Numbered from the whole stretch's first letter, positions 36,413 through 50,247 are shown. The stretch is 63,107 nt of DNA, filler included, from Rhabdomonas costata (GCA_019059605.1; 46 parts of 46 records of this genome joined end to end with filler, not necessarily neighbours in it); one strand, 5' to 3'. Notes: a model not told the origin generated them from the sequence alone. Numbers and translations: made by a program.

Positions 36413-37000
36413 ATGAGGGCCTCTACGTCTGGAGCAAGGAAGGTCTGGAAGCTTTCCTCTGCCGACCCGCCTCCACCACCCGCGGAGCATTCTGATGTTA
36501 TGGACACCGGAGAGCCAGCGGGCGACCTCAACGAGTGCGAGGAAGAGGAGGACCTTCCGCTGGAAGGTGAGGAAGAGGAAGACATGGAAGAGACGTTTCT
36601 GGCAAGCATCGATGTTGAGCCCGAACTGTCGTCCAGGACCCACGGCCCAAAGAGCAGGAAGGCCAAGCGGCGTGCGAACGGCGGTGGCAGGGCAGCGAAG
36701 GTTTGCGCATTTTGTGGCGAGAAATGGGAAGCGAACGTGTTCTGTTTCTTTCTGGGTTCGTCTTCTCGTGTGACAGATACGATAGTGAAGGGACTGGTGA
36801 CTGCAGCGAAGCGAGCCTTATCAACGATTCCAAACCATTTTAAATCGGCATCCCGGTTTTCACACGACGAACACAGTGTGCATCCTCTCCCTTCCATCTC
36901 CGGACAGGTCTCCAGCGACGCCGCATTCGAAGCCTTTTGTCAGCAGCAGCGGCTGCTTCGGCCGCAGGAAGAGCCTCCAAGCGAGGCCCCCTTCGCCCCA
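36413..37000 (+). CDS. Exons of an acidic low-complexity hypothetical protein
   Basis: GC-rich coding-like stretch EEEEDLPLEGEEEEDMEE...RAAK|gtttgc and acag|VSSDAAFEAFCQQQRLLRP; no family recognised. Confidence 0.35.
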
Positions 37001-39857
37001 ACAACCCCNNNNNNNNNNNNNNNNNNNNNNNNNNNNNNNNNNNNNNNNNNNNTTAATTAATTAANNNNNNNNNNNNNNNNNNNNNNNNNNNNNNNNNNNN
37101 NNNNNNNNCTTGTAGTAGAGAGTAGTGGTAAGGCGTTATAGAAAGAGGAAATATGGAGGAAGGAAGGAAGGAAGGACTGAGTAGTAGGACTTTGCATGAC
37201 GGTTGGGTGCGGGAAGGGGTGTTCTGGGAGTAGTACAATTCTTGTGTATGCACCGGGGAAAACAATCCGTCTAACGTGACGCTTTGTTGCATTGCTGCCA
37301 TGTGCAGGTTCGTTACACTGATGACAGTCCCTTTTGTTCTTTTCTCTCGGCTCGCGTTAATGTTGGGACGAAAGAACAACCACGACAGAAAAAGTTACAG
37401 CTAACAAAGTGTATTCGAGTAGCTTTTATCCAAAAGAAGAGAGACACTTCCCCTCCAGAAGTTTCCAGGTCAGGTCATTTTGACTCGAAAACCACACGCC
37501 GACGACCAAACACATCGAAAGGGTATTGGAAAACCCCACAAAAAATAGGGGTTCAATTATGGGCCCAATCGACGATAGGGGTGGGGGTACCAAAAAAACG
37601 TATCAAATTTGTTCTTATTCTAACAAAAGGTGCTGTGGCAAGCATCCTCGAATTAACTTTAGCGTGCAGTTTTGTTTATATGTTGCTCCGTGCCAGTGCT
37701 CCAGAGATGAGAACTCTTGGTTTGAAAGCCAAATCTGGTGCTGACTAAGGACTAACTTATGGCTGGAATATGGGCAGATAAGGAGGACAACATTCTGTTG
37801 GGCAAAAGCCAGTCCGCGTCGCGGCCGGAGCGGGCGCTGGGCCACGAAAGTGATCTGGGAGGCACTCCACTTTTAAAGTGTTATGTCCAACCACTGAAAA
37901 CCGATACCCCCCCCCCCCAACGTCGATTGTAACCTGGAATGACAGGCGAGAAAAATAGCCCAACACATGGACATCCTATCTCAATTTTCTGATTCATTCC
38001 TATTCAAATCAGTAGTTAGAACGGTTACCGCATCGTTTGCTCACAGGAACATGATGCTTATCGATTTGGTACAGATGCAACCGATACCAACATGAAAAGA
38101 CTAAGAATCAGAAAGATTTCGTGGAAAATTTTCTGATTCTCCTCCTAATACCTCCTATCAAGGTATAAAAAAAATCGCCCCAAATTTGGCACAGCATTCA
38201 CACATTCCGCAGTTACACTAAACGTCATCAAGGAGTCAGTTGGTTCAATACTGCGCCCTGCCCTTTCACCCCGGAAAGCAGATAAAAACGGGTCCACCAC
38301 ACCTTTGGAGCAAGAGCAAGCCGAGGTGCAACCAAGCGCGGGAAATGGTGCGTGTACAAAAAAACAAACACACCCACCACNNNNNNNNNNNNNNNNNNNN
38401 NNNNNNNNNNNNNNNNNNNNNNNNTTAATTAATTAANNNNNNNNNNNNNNNNNNNNNNNNNNNNNNNNNNNNNNNNNNNNGCAAGGATAAATCGGACCAA
38501 TTTACGCGGATCTTGCGAATGTACAGCGTAGCACACTCGATATGCTCCCATACGTTGTCCCTCCAGACAAAGATTTCGCTTCGTCAGCTTTCGACCCACA
38601 TAGGTGAGGTATTGTAACATCTGTTGACAGCACAGATTACCTGTCACACTTTGCAAACTATGTTTTACACCGCATATTCTTCTTTAAATTTTGATTTTTG
38701 GGTTTGTTTGCGGAGAAATTTCATTTATGTTTTTAGTTTTCCTAACAATGCATCATGTGGTTTCTCATTGTAGGAACCGCCCCACAGACTCGCCAAGTTA
38801 AGCGTGTTCCATCTCTTTCTTTCTCAATCCATCCTTCTTTTTACATCCATTCCATTACACCACCGGGAGTATGAATTGCATCAGGAATTGCAGGTTTCAA
38901 CTTTCCTACACACCCTTACATGTATTTGGAATGCTTCAAACGCTTGACAAGAGAGTCAAGGATAATTATCGTGGGTTAAGATTGATTTTGTTTTGGAACC
39001 TCATAGCGCAAACCATGAATCTGCATCTAACGTGCAAAAAGGCTGATTTCTCTAATTTTTGCTGGGACACCACGACACGTCATCACAGAAAAGGGTTCAT
39101 ATTGGTGAAACATGGAATTCCATGTTAAGACACGACTACCATCCCCCCATCTCTCTCTACATCCATCCATCCATCTCTCTTTTCACAACCATCTCCATCT
39201 ACCCAATGAAGGACCTAATCCGGTCAACCATTTTAGAACGGGTTTTCTGCTTTCTTGCTTGGTGTCTGGTCAATCCTGCGAGAATTGGGGACTTTGGGTT
39301 TGCAGTTTGTGAAAAGTGTGTTAATCGTTTCCTGAATAAGGGATGGAATAGGGGTGTGTAAGGTCTATTTTTGTACCGTTGTATTTTTAGAGTAGTTGTC
39401 CTTTCTTTTAACTTAAGCGTGCACGCTAGGCGAGAAAAAATAACAAAAGGGAACATCATCAGTGAAATAAACCCGCATATCACAGCAATGTAACAAACGT
39501 CACGGGCGGCCCGTTTCTATCCAAGGTCCGCACACAAGAATGGTACAATACGCCGCTACTACTCAAGGTCGCCGATTCCGTGATCCGTGTACCCCAAAAG
39601 TTTGGAGACCATCACAGCCAGCAGACCGATAATTGATGCGCACTTGGGTACTGCCATTCCAGCCAGGTTCTCACGGCGCTCTCGCCATGGCGGTCGGCAT
39701 CCTTCCGATACGCCAAGGTGGCCTTCACTGCGGCTTCGTTCTTCCAACCCAACAANNNNNNNNNNNNNNNNNNNNNNNNNNNNNNNNNNNNNNNNNNNNT
39801 TAATTAATTAANNNNNNNNNNNNNNNNNNNNNNNNNNNNNNNNNNNNNNNNNNNNAG

Positions 39858-40509
39858 GAGTTACAAGTGGAGCCTACAAGAGCCTCCCTGGTCAAAGCTT
39901 TTGAAAAGGGCTTCCGCGCGGTATCTGTTGTTTTGATGCACGGATACCGGTTTCCTGCTCATGAGCAAAAGGTCGCCCAGCTGGCCTCCGAGGTTGGGTT
40001 CTCGCAAGTCTCCGTCAGTCATGAGGTGAGCCCCTTGATCAAGCTTGTCAGCCGCGGTGACACCACTGTGGTGGATGCTTATCTCACCCCCATCTTGAGG
40101 CGGTACGTGGACATGGTGGCATCAAAGTTTGGCGGGGGAAACCTGCCGCTGCTGTTTATGCAGTCCAACGGTGCGGGTTGTTCTCTGTTTTGGCCTTTCG
40201 GTCCACCCTCCCGTTCCACCCCTTCGTCTTCCCTTCCCTTTCCGTCGTTTGTTTTCACTGTTTGTGTATTCTGCCTGCCTGTCCACTCACTTTTGCCCTT
40301 GCTTGCTATGAGACGGTGTCTTAGGAGTGCTGTGTGGGTTTTTCAGGGGGACTCACCAGTGCGGCTGCTTTTCAGGGAAAAGACGCCATCCTCAGCGGTC
40401 CTGCGGGAGGAGTTGTCGGGGCTGTTCGGACGGCAGCCCAGGAAGGATTTGAGAAATTGATTACCTTTGACATGGGGGGAACCTCCACGGACGTTGCTCA
40501 CTTCAACGG
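39858..40509 (+). CDS. 5-oxoprolinase (hydantoinase/oxoprolinase family), exons <39858-40170 and 40347-40509
   Basis: [53 protein letters not shown]...[30 protein letters not shown]; phase-1 GT-AG intron. Confidence 0.95.
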
Positions 40510-42867
40510 GTAGATGCGTGGTTGTTTCGCTGAGTCAAAGAAGCTCTTCTTTGACTCGAGAGTCGCTTCTTCTTTCCCTTCTCTTTCCAAAACAGACCAA
40601 GTTGAGATGTAACTGCTGAATAGAAGGATAAAAACACTAGGTGTTGTGGGGAAAAGATGTGATGTCGCAGTCGGTGCCTCATCACAGTGGCCGACTTGGG
40701 TCGCAACTCGTGGATAGCACTGAAGCAGAAGTGAGGCTCCACGGAAAAATCGGCTGGCAGGGTCGCATTGCCAGGACTTCCTGGGATGTAAGAATTAATC
40801 CGTGAAGAAGACGGAGGCAACCAACGTCACACATGCAGTGAGATCACGTAGAGAAACGCGAAGGGGACGGGTCTCAGGTGTACAGAACCTCGGGAAACGT
40901 CAGACTCAAAATAACAAAGAAACAAAGAAAACAAGACTGGCAGAGGCACATCCAAGGTGAACAGCGAATCGCTGCCATGGAGAGCTGGGCGAAGTGGGGA
41001 CTTGACCAGCCTTCAGTGCACCTTGACTCCAGCTCCAACTTAGGTGTTCTGTACTTGAAATATTGCCCACCACGGCACCAGCCCTTTTGTCGAGGTTTAC
41101 GCTGCAGATCGTTTTGGTCCCCAAAACCCNNNNNNNNNNNNNNNNNNNNNNNNNNNNNNNNNNNNNNNNNNNNTTAATTAATTAANNNNNNNNNNNNNNN
41201 NNNNNNNNNNNNNNNNNNNNNNNNNNNNNGGTTTTTGGGCCGCAGCCGAAGCTCTCGGGAGGGCTCGGCAATATTTGTGGAGGAGGTCCTTTTGCCCTTT
41301 TCCGGAACCCGAGGGGTGGCAATAATGTTAGCTACAGGGTGGTAGATAGTTAGATGGTTACCCGGAATGATCATGTTGACCTGTGATAGTTGCTGAGCGG
41401 GTTATCAGAGCTACGATTCCTTGGAACTTGAATAGTAATTCGAAAGGGACCGAGAGAGATGCGGGAGGGGGGGGATCGGGTGAGAATGACCTCCCCTCCA
41501 CTACTGATCATAATTTCCATCGCCCCTTATCGCCGTCACCACTAGCAGCAGGGATAACGTCATCTGAACCCCTTTTGTGCGTGATGTGAGGATGGCGGTG
41601 GTGGGGGATCACTGGAAAACTCCAGTTGGTCTTTTGCACAATGTCCAAATACAAATGCGAGCAATAATCACGAAACTGCACCCCCTCCCCTGGGAGTCGC
41701 GACACTCGCCCCCCTTCCGGCTGGGGGTGCAGTACGGTGACAAGAACCCAAATGCGAAAGAGAGAGCCTGTAGGGTACAAAGGGACAGCTTGTGAACGGT
41801 TTCCATGTGAGAGATGGACAAAGAGGAGGTTGCTCCAATGGCGCTTTTTATAGTCCTCGCAGAAAAGAGGCCACCTCACCCCCCATCACCAGTTGGGTTG
41901 AAGTGCCCAACAGACTCTCCGGACTCGGAGCCCAACACAGGAGGGAGAGTAGGTTTCTTCTTTCGCCGTGATCACCGTGTGGTGGTGACGGGTGGCACAC
42001 CGGTCATTTGTGGGCATAGATTTTTGTTGGCAGTTTCGTCCTCTCAACCCTTCCCGCCTCCACCTTTCGCCCATCTCCTGCCGCATTCTCTCGTGTAGGT
42101 CCTGGACCCGGATGCCTGTGAGGGGGCTGCCATTGCAGTGGTGGGGCAAATCGCGGCTGCGGCTGCGGCGACGGTGGGAAGCCCTCCCAGGTGTCGTTCT
42201 CGTGCTCTGTTGCGGTCGCTGAGCATGCAGTGTGTGGGTGTGGAGTGGCTTTGGTAGGCATGGTCGTCGCTATCAAGAAAGCCGACTCGTTGACTGTAAG
42301 CCATATTCTTTATGTGGCTGTCTCGGTACCTCGGCACCTTGTGCGTCCTTCCTCGCCGCGCCGTCCCTGCCTTTGCCCTCTTCCGGTGCCCGTTCCGTTC
42401 CACTTTTGCCTGTGTTTTATTTGTGTCTGCTCAACTGAGCTGTTGTACGCAGTGCCGTGAAAGTTTCACACAAAAAACCGCATGGACCCGTCGTTCATTG
42501 NNNNNNNNNNNNNNNNNNNNNNNNNNNNNNNNNNNNNNNNNNNNTTAATTAATTAANNNNNNNNNNNNNNNNNNNNNNNNNNNNNNNNNNNNNNNNNNNN
42601 GTGGTGGGTGGGGACTTCTGCATCGAAACGCAACCAAGAAGGCAGGCGAAAAAGGAAGGAAGAAGGAAAGGAAGGGAACAAGACAAACGGGGAAAACTAA
42701 AACACAAAAAACAAAAGAAGGACAGGGGGAGGAATATTTCAGGGAAGCGGGAAAACCGACTGCCGACTCCTTCATCCCCACCCTCCGCTAAAAAAAAGGC
42801 GTGAATGGACCACGATGTTCATATGCAATTGTCGCTGAATGAATCTCTCTGTGTGTATCTGTGACAC

Positions 42868-43541
42868 CTGCAGGAGCAGCTCCGGGGCGCGGTAGAGCAG
42901 CGTCACTACCACTGCGGTGAGGTCGTCGCGGAGCTGCTCCGGCTCATCGCGGGCGAGTCCCATGTCCGCGACCTGTAGCCTGGGAGGCTCACCTCGCGCG
43001 CTGCCGCCCCCCTTGGGCAGCACCACCAGCAGGTTGGCCGGCTTAAGGTTGCTGCAGGAGAAAAATCACGCCCAGGCATAACCTCTCAAAGCCGCTGCTT
43101 TTATTCGCGGAGTTGGCGTGCAACCTGCACAAGCAGCTACCACCCAATCTGATCTCATGGTGAGTGGAACATTGAAGAACGCAGCAAGCTGCCCGCAGCA
43201 AAGAGCAGTAGTGAAAACGAAGACTTCGAACCCCACCCAAACCCACCACGCAGCGCAAGCAACCGGAGCCATGCATCATAAGACTTTGCCGTTTGTGTGT
43301 GTGTGTGTGTGGAGGTGGTCATCGAACAGCCGCCTCAAGCTCCACGCCTCGCGCCTTGCGCGTTCGCGCGCTTCTGCTTCCACCGAAGAGACTGGATTCA
43401 GTGACTTTGGTGCAAAGGCTGCCGCCTCGGATGTCACACCGGTGGATAACGTGACAGTCGTGGAGGTACTGCAGGCCGCAGAGCACGTCTGCCATCATCG
43501 CAGGGAGGTCGGCCTCGCGGTATAGCTCCGAGCTCAGAAAG
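42868..43541 (-). CDS. CMGC/CDK-like protein kinase, exons 43541-43440 and 43051-42868; catalytic loop reads HRNLKPAN
   Basis: [16 protein letters not shown](R)|NLKPANLL...[10 protein letters not shown]...[17 protein letters not shown]; phase-2 GT-AG intron. Confidence 0.88.
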
Positions 43542-45353
43542 CTGGAAACACAGGGGAAGGATAAAGGTAGGGACACAGCCCTCAACTCGCAGAACGTCCC
43601 CTTCACTCCCACCACGTTTCTAGGAGACTACTTATTTTAAGGAAGAGCCCTGCAAAAGAGGCGGGTAGTAACAGAATGCTTCAACTTGCAAAAACCAGCC
43701 TCTGTGAATCGCAGTGGCGCATGACAGACGTGCTGACATCCACTGTTGGTCGTTTAAAGCAAAAGTTGTTCGCCAAAAAGCAAATTCTTGGAGAGAGAAA
43801 TTAAAACGCAATAATTAACCATGGGAGAAGAATGGTAACAACGGGACCAATCCCACCAAAAGTAGAAAAAAACCNNNNNNNNNNNNNNNNNNNNNNNNNN
43901 NNNNNNNNNNNNNNNNNNTTAATTAATTAANNNNNNNNNNNNNNNNNNNNNNNNNNNNNNNNNNNNNNNNNNNNGATGTTCTAGGCGACCACTATCTTAC
44001 ATGAAAACTGCTGGGTCGTTTTGCCCGTCACAACACCGTGCGGCTTGGAGACCCTCTGGGATCGTTGGTTAATGACCTTCTTTTGGAGAGCTTCCACCTG
44101 GGAAGCTTACTGATGCTGAATATCTCTGTGGTGGAAACACTGCAAGCTGAATCTTAGTGCAAGGCACCTGAATTGGTGGTAATTGCTCAACGCCGCGAAG
44201 AAGCGAATGACGCTCTGTATAAGCAGAAGTGCTGGCGGGGGGGCTACTGGTTTGCAGCTTTGGTCTGGGAAACGACGGAAAGCCGGGCATCGGAAGCTCT
44301 TCCGCATTCAGGAGCTTTAAAATCAGGGACTGAAAAGAATCAGGGAGTAAGAAGTAAGAAAGAACTGTGCATCTGATAATGCCGTGCCGACGCTGTCCTT
44401 GTGTATAATATGGAGTAAGTGATGATTAGGAGCAATTGAATCGAATGGATCCTTCGCGGTTTGAAGGCCAAATCGGTTGAAATGGTCGGACATGACCTCA
44501 CGGTAAAACCACCCACCGGCTGGAAAGCGACTCGGTTAGAGGAGTGAAATCACTGGATGGTAGTTGGGCCGCAATGCAGCAATACGACAGAGCATTCAGC
44601 GGCGTGGAGGATGTGGGAAATGATGGCGTAAAAATGGCGGTTTGATATAGCTGTGATAAATTGTGGTAATTGTGATAAATTGGGTGGCAAAATCATCAGA
44701 TAATTTTTAGCACTTTGTGCGCTTTATTTTCGCAAAAATTTGGAATAAGGAGATCAAGGTGAATTTTTAGTTACTGTTTGCTCGCCACAGTTTTTAGTAA
44801 TTTGGGAGTCATTTAAATTGGTGGTGCTGTTTTTAGAAGTTTGTTTCTTCCAGTAACTCATGAGCGACTCTGGATGATGTTCTAAGTGTTAAATGGACTT
44901 ATTTGATGATCTAAACAGATACATATTTTTTGTGTACCACCAAATCTACAAAGAGCAAGGGTTACAAATCCTCGGACATCTCCGCAACGGGAAGTGCGAT
45001 TGAAGTAGAAGCTGTGATTGTTTCCCTTAGATCCACTGTGTCACTAAACGGCATTTCAGCGGATACCTGGATGGCTACGCAATGAATCGCTGAAACAAAA
45101 AACAAGTGATTTAGACTGACCTCCCCAACCTACTTGTTGATGAATTTTATTAAAATCACACAGCGTGGCCGATTTTTTGAATCCGCTATTAATTCAAGGA
45201 GTCATATGAGAAGCCCAAGAACGTGGAAATGTGCCACAACAAAAAACCNNNNNNNNNNNNNNNNNNNNNNNNNNNNNNNNNNNNNNNNNNNNTTAATTAA
45301 TTAANNNNNNNNNNNNNNNNNNNNNNNNNNNNNNNNNNNNNNNNNNNNGTGGG

Positions 45354-45510
45354 GTGTGATGTTTCAGGATGATCATGGTGGTGGGATGGACAAGAACAAG
45401 GATCCTCGTATTCCTCGAAAATAGGCGAGTATTTCTTCTTCCATGCCGAGGAATACGAGGATCCTTGTTCTTGTCCATCCCACCACCATGATCATCCTGA
45501 AACATCACAC
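45354..45510. repeat. Perfect 64-bp inverted repeat (45354-45417 / 45447-45510) at a fragment start
   Basis: GTGTGATGTTTCAGGATGATCATGG...CCTCGTATTCCTCG and exact reverse complement, 29-nt spacer. Confidence 0.95.
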
Positions 45511-47811
45511 GCTTGTTTGGCACCGGCGCAGTTGTAGGCAGCAGTTGAACAACACCAGAAAACAGCCTTTATGCGCTGGAGAGCATACATGTTCGAGCCA
45601 AGTCCGCGTGCCGCCGGGCGAGCTCTCCAGGAAGTTCGGCGAAGGTTAGCCCGTGGAGGGGTTGAGGAAGGCCTCTCAGGCTGGACAATGACGTGACCGT
45701 GGTGGTCAGTCTTTGGGTAAGAGACAGAGCGCGGGAAAAAAAGAAGAGAGGATTGGAGAGGATATCGCATCGTACAAATCGTGTGATGGTCCAGCTTACT
45801 TTTTTCGCTTCAGTCAGCAATCATTTTGCGCCCCTTCTCCTTATCAATTGGCCTCGGACCCTACCAATGGGCACCTTCCTGGATGGGGAGGGGGGCGGGC
45901 GAAATGTGAAAGTGTCGGTCATGACGACCTTTTGGAATGCAACTTGTTGGCACCGCACCAAAAAAGAACACTGCGTTTGATGAAGGCGCGCGTCAGCAGC
46001 AGAAATATTCCTCCCAGGCTTCAGTGCGGAAAAGTGACAGCAGCGACCTTGTGGGTATTGCTAGAAAGCAAAACCGAAAACAACACACGCTGCAACATAC
46101 CAAAGTGCAAGCCGGGAGCAGTACAAATGGAATAAAGGCACACAAGCAAAGCAAAGGCAACATGGAGCGCATGGATGCACGGCGAGCAGGGAGGGGACAC
46201 AAGCACCTTCGTGCGTCCCCCTCAGGGGCACGGGACCCTGCAGCCGGGGCAGTAGACGAGGACCACCCGCCAAAGCTCCCCTTGGGCGGGCCCAAGGGCT
46301 GCCCCAGCGCATGCTCCACAATATTCCCTGCCAGTGGCACCCCGGCAGCCCCAGCAGGAGCCCCAGGGATGCCGGATTGCGGCTGGGACCCCGGCGCCAG
46401 CGGAAGCCCAGACTCCGCGTCGCCCTCGATGACACTCACCAGGGCATACCTGGAGCCACACCTCCATCGGTGATCAGCCCGAACCGCGGGACCCGTTTAG
46501 AGGACGCCGAGGAGGAAGACGAGGATCCCGGCACCACGGCCACCATGGTGATGGTACCCACCACAGGGGGGCTGCCCTTCAGCGACCCTTAGCGGCACAC
46601 GAAGCGCTTCACACCACACANNNNNNNNNNNNNNNNNNNNNNNNNNNNNNNNNNNNNNNNNNNNTTAATTAATTAANNNNNNNNNNNNNNNNNNNNNNNN
46701 NNNNNNNNNNNNNNNNNNNNCCTAACAAGCAAAGGAAGTGCTGATGGAATGGCAGCAATTTTGCACCCCTCGCTTGTGAAAGTGTTTGGTTGGTGTTTCG
46801 TACGAAACCGCAGTTCGCTCCGTACCAAAGGGAAGCTTCCGACGCTAGGGCAGCAGTGGTAACCTTCCAGAATGCCAACATATGCGCAGAGAGCGGAAAA
46901 AACGCAAAAAAAAAAAGGAAATGAAAAAAGGGTGGTGCAAGGGAAGACAATAAGGAGTTATGAGTATGAGTGGTTTTCTCGGCAATGCAAACCGATCGCC
47001 AATTTTAGGCGATAGGCTTCCGTTTGACAACATTTTTGACTCTCACCATTAAGGTGGCGCTGGCAAACAGCTTTTTCCTGGCGCATACCCCAAAGTCTTC
47101 ACAAGTGAGAGCTGGAGCAGAAGCGGAGTCTAGCCTGCCAAGGATAAACCACCTCAAAACCGTGTTTTGGAGTGCCTCCAGCAACGGTAGGTACCGGCCT
47201 GAGGGTGAAGGACCGGCCAAGCAGCGTTTTGGGAAGCTGAACGCACAAAAGACCCGGGCCTGCTTCGATTTCACCCCACACTTCTTTGACTGGTTCAATA
47301 ATTCCCAAACATCCAAAATTTGCGTTCGATCCGTATCTGATACCCGAAACCCCCTTTACGGTGAGAGACAGCATTTTTGGCCGCCCGGCCGTCACGTGAT
47401 TAGTGGTGGTGCAAACCCAAACGTTCCTCAAACGTTTCAAACTACTCGCTCCGATTCTTGGCCTCCGGCGCCAGCAAACAGTTCTTCAGTGTCCAGCGAT
47501 CACAGGAGCTATTGGCAAACAGAGAGCATGCTTTTCACTTTTTCCAAGCAAAAGAAATGTTCTTTAAAAGCGGGCTTTTCTTCTTCTTTTTTGAGAACAA
47601 GCTTTGGGTCGTCGCATCCCGGCCCTCAGTTACTGCCACCTCAAAAAAAAAACCGGGATCCAAATGCAACTGAGCGAGATAAGAAACCTCCCCTTTCCGC
47701 TCGCATTTTTAACTTGTGCATGGGAGAACAAGCGGCAGAAATCTCCTGCCCCCAAGAACCGGCCACGCACTGTTTGGGGAGGCCTGCTGCTTGATATCAA
47801 AGACACGAGAC

Positions 47812-47993
47812 CTGCTGGGGCTGAGCCCTCTTCTTCCCTCTTGTTATTCGTCCAGAATAATGCTCGCTGCACACTGTCTTCTGTTTTTGGATTTTGGGGT
47901 GCTTCTCCAATTATTCAAAAACAGAAGACAGTGTGCAGCGAGCATTATTCTGGACGAATAACAAGAGGGAAGAAGAGGGCTCAGCCCCAGCAG
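47812..47993. repeat. Perfect 78-bp inverted repeat (47812-47889 / 47916-47993) at a fragment end
   Basis: CTGCTGGGGCTGAGCCCTCTTC...CTGTCTTCTGTTTTTG and exact reverse complement, 26-nt spacer. Confidence 0.95.
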
Positions 47994-49147
47994 CNNNNNN
48001 NNNNNNNNNNNNNNNNNNNNNNNNNNNNNNNNNNNNNNTTAATTAATTAANNNNNNNNNNNNNNNNNNNNNNNNNNNNNNNNNNNNNNNNNNNNCTTGCC
48101 TTTTTGCCGCTTGTGCTCCTTTGCGGCCGCACTCACGGTTCGGATGTGGGGCTTGGCAATTGACTCCATCTGAATCCAACTGATCGAAAAGGTTACTCAT
48201 CCCCAAAGCATTGAAAAAACATGTTTCAAGCACCGTGGATGCCGTGCAAGCAAACGAGACTTCAACGAAGAAACATCTCCGTCTTCGGCAAGATCAACTG
48301 CAAAAAGAAAATAATGTTAAAAGCAGGTCCCTTCCACTTCTCTCGGCAAAACGTGACCTTAAAAACAGTCGATGGCCAAGAAGGTTGTCACCCCCATCGC
48401 GTTAAATCACAGGTGAAGCGATTTAATTAAGACGTTCACAATTGCAAGGAGGAAACCATCTCCACAAGCTTGGGATCACCACAGCAACCTCTGCCTGTTT
48501 ACTCAACCGGAATCAAGCAACTCTTGAGCTGAAAACTATATATGCGCACAGGTGCTCACTGCTGCTTGAGCTGAATGTTGCCTGTTGAGGCGTTAAGCTG
48601 CCTTTGGCTTCATCACAACAAAGACAGACGACTGAAAACAAGCGTGCTAAAAGCACGAATGAAATACGTGTTTTTCTAATTAGGGTTTTCAACATAAATC
48701 CACGAGGCATCAAAAGGTGCACAATAATAGAATCCTTATGCTCGCGGTGGTTTTATCATTTGGGAGGGACAGAAGAGAGCCGCGTCCCTCTGCATTGCAA
48801 GTGTAATCCCAGCCCAAAAAGCAACCCAAAATGTCTCAGCCACGTCCTAAAGAAATCTTACTGCACCTCCTCCACAGCAGCGCTACTTTCTCGCCGTTGA
48901 AGCATACTGTTTTGGTTGAAATCAAACGCTGGGCGATCTTCACGAGAAGTGTCATTACCCACTGTATTTGACGAGCAAGTTGAGGCGTCAGCTGCAACAC
49001 AAAACAATTCCAAACCAGACACTGACTTCAGAATTCAGGGCAAATTTCATTTAAAAAAAATCGAAGGCAACAATGAAAGGCAAAGCCTGACAAGCCTTTG
49101 TAAGGGCAAAAAGGCCCCCAAAAACAACACAAAATGTCCTTTAAATA

Positions 49148-49305
49148 GCCTCTAGCATGGCTCTCTAAACAGAAACATTCCGGCCCACTCCGGTGCCAGC
49201 ATGAAGTACTCCTGGGCTCTACCCTTAGGGATGCTAAGCAGGCCCGGCCGAAAACTTAGGCTCAGTTTGCAGGCCTGCAAAGGTCCGAAAAGTGCACCCC
49301 GGGCC
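49148..49305 (-). repeat. Dispersed repeat, copy 2 (see 7167-7294)
   Basis: Reverse complement contains TTTGCAGGCCTGCAAACTGAGCCTAAGTTTTCGGC...GCCCAGGAGTACTTCATGCTGGCAC...CCGGAATG. Confidence 0.85.
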
Positions 49306-50247
49306 TGAAAATTTCCGGTCGAAAGTGTCCTTAAAGGTAAAAAAAAAGGGGACCTTGAAGGGGCCATANNNNNNNNNNNNNNNNNNNNNNNNNNNNNNNN
49401 NNNNNNNNNNNNTTAATTAATTAANNNNNNNNNNNNNNNNNNNNNNNNNNNNNNNNNNNNNNNNNNNNTTGTGGGGGGGGAGGGGGGACGACACTTCATA
49501 CTTTGCCTCCGCAGTTGCTGCACCACGCCCTGGTACTCATCCCCGGCTGTGGCCTTGCAGTGCGCCGTGGTTCGAACGCCCGCAGCACAACCTACAGCAC
49601 GGGGGTTGGCTGCCGCAACGGCCCGCTTGGTGGCGTCCCCGGGACCAACCTGAGCAACGAGAGGAGAGCAAGCCTGCTCTTTGATTTGACCTTCGAACTT
49701 CACAAGGTGGTGACCGAAAGTCACCCAAAAGGCAGGGCAGTCCCCCCTACCCAGTGCAGTCCAGGAGAAAGGTTGAGCAGCGGCATAAATTTGTGAACAA
49801 AATGGACTTGGCAAGCCGCACTGAGTTCGCCCCAAATAACTTCAATGGCATGGAAATTATGGACCTGGCGGCGCGCAACCGTGGCACTTCGCACTCAGGC
49901 TTTCGATGTTGGACAAATGCGGGAAGGTCATCGGCCAATTTCACCCATACCTGAATAGCTCGTGAGGCTGTAAACAATTGGCTGGACAACCTCAGATGCT
50001 TAAGGGTTAATGAACTTTGAACTTGGTAGTATTGGCATATTTCACCATTCCCCATCGCTGTTTTTGAAGGAAGACTTTCTCAGATCATTCGGCAGCATTT
50101 CTTCTGTTTGGAAGCATCCCCCAGAGTTAGCCAATAGCTTTGCAAAGAAGACCAGTGCGGTTATCCCTCACCCTCCCCCCTCAATTCAATGCACTGGTGC
50201 GCTGGACACACCAGGTACCCCAGCAGGGAGTGGCGAGTTAGCCCCAC

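Noticed and set aside
45354-45510. 64-bp perfect hairpin as a miRNA precursor or MITE
   Set aside because: Zero mismatches and one arm reaches the fragment edge, as also at 47812-47993; typical of amplification fold-back chimeras
47024-47794. 256-aa ORF, plus other long ORF-track entries such as 11010-11678, 60869-61510 and 61988-62698
   Set aside because: No recognisable motifs; they are antisense shadows, low-complexity reads or run-throughs into introns
47812-47993. 78-bp perfect hairpin as a structural RNA or TIR element
   Set aside because: Same artefact signature: perfect arms ending at the contig terminus, no visible TSD
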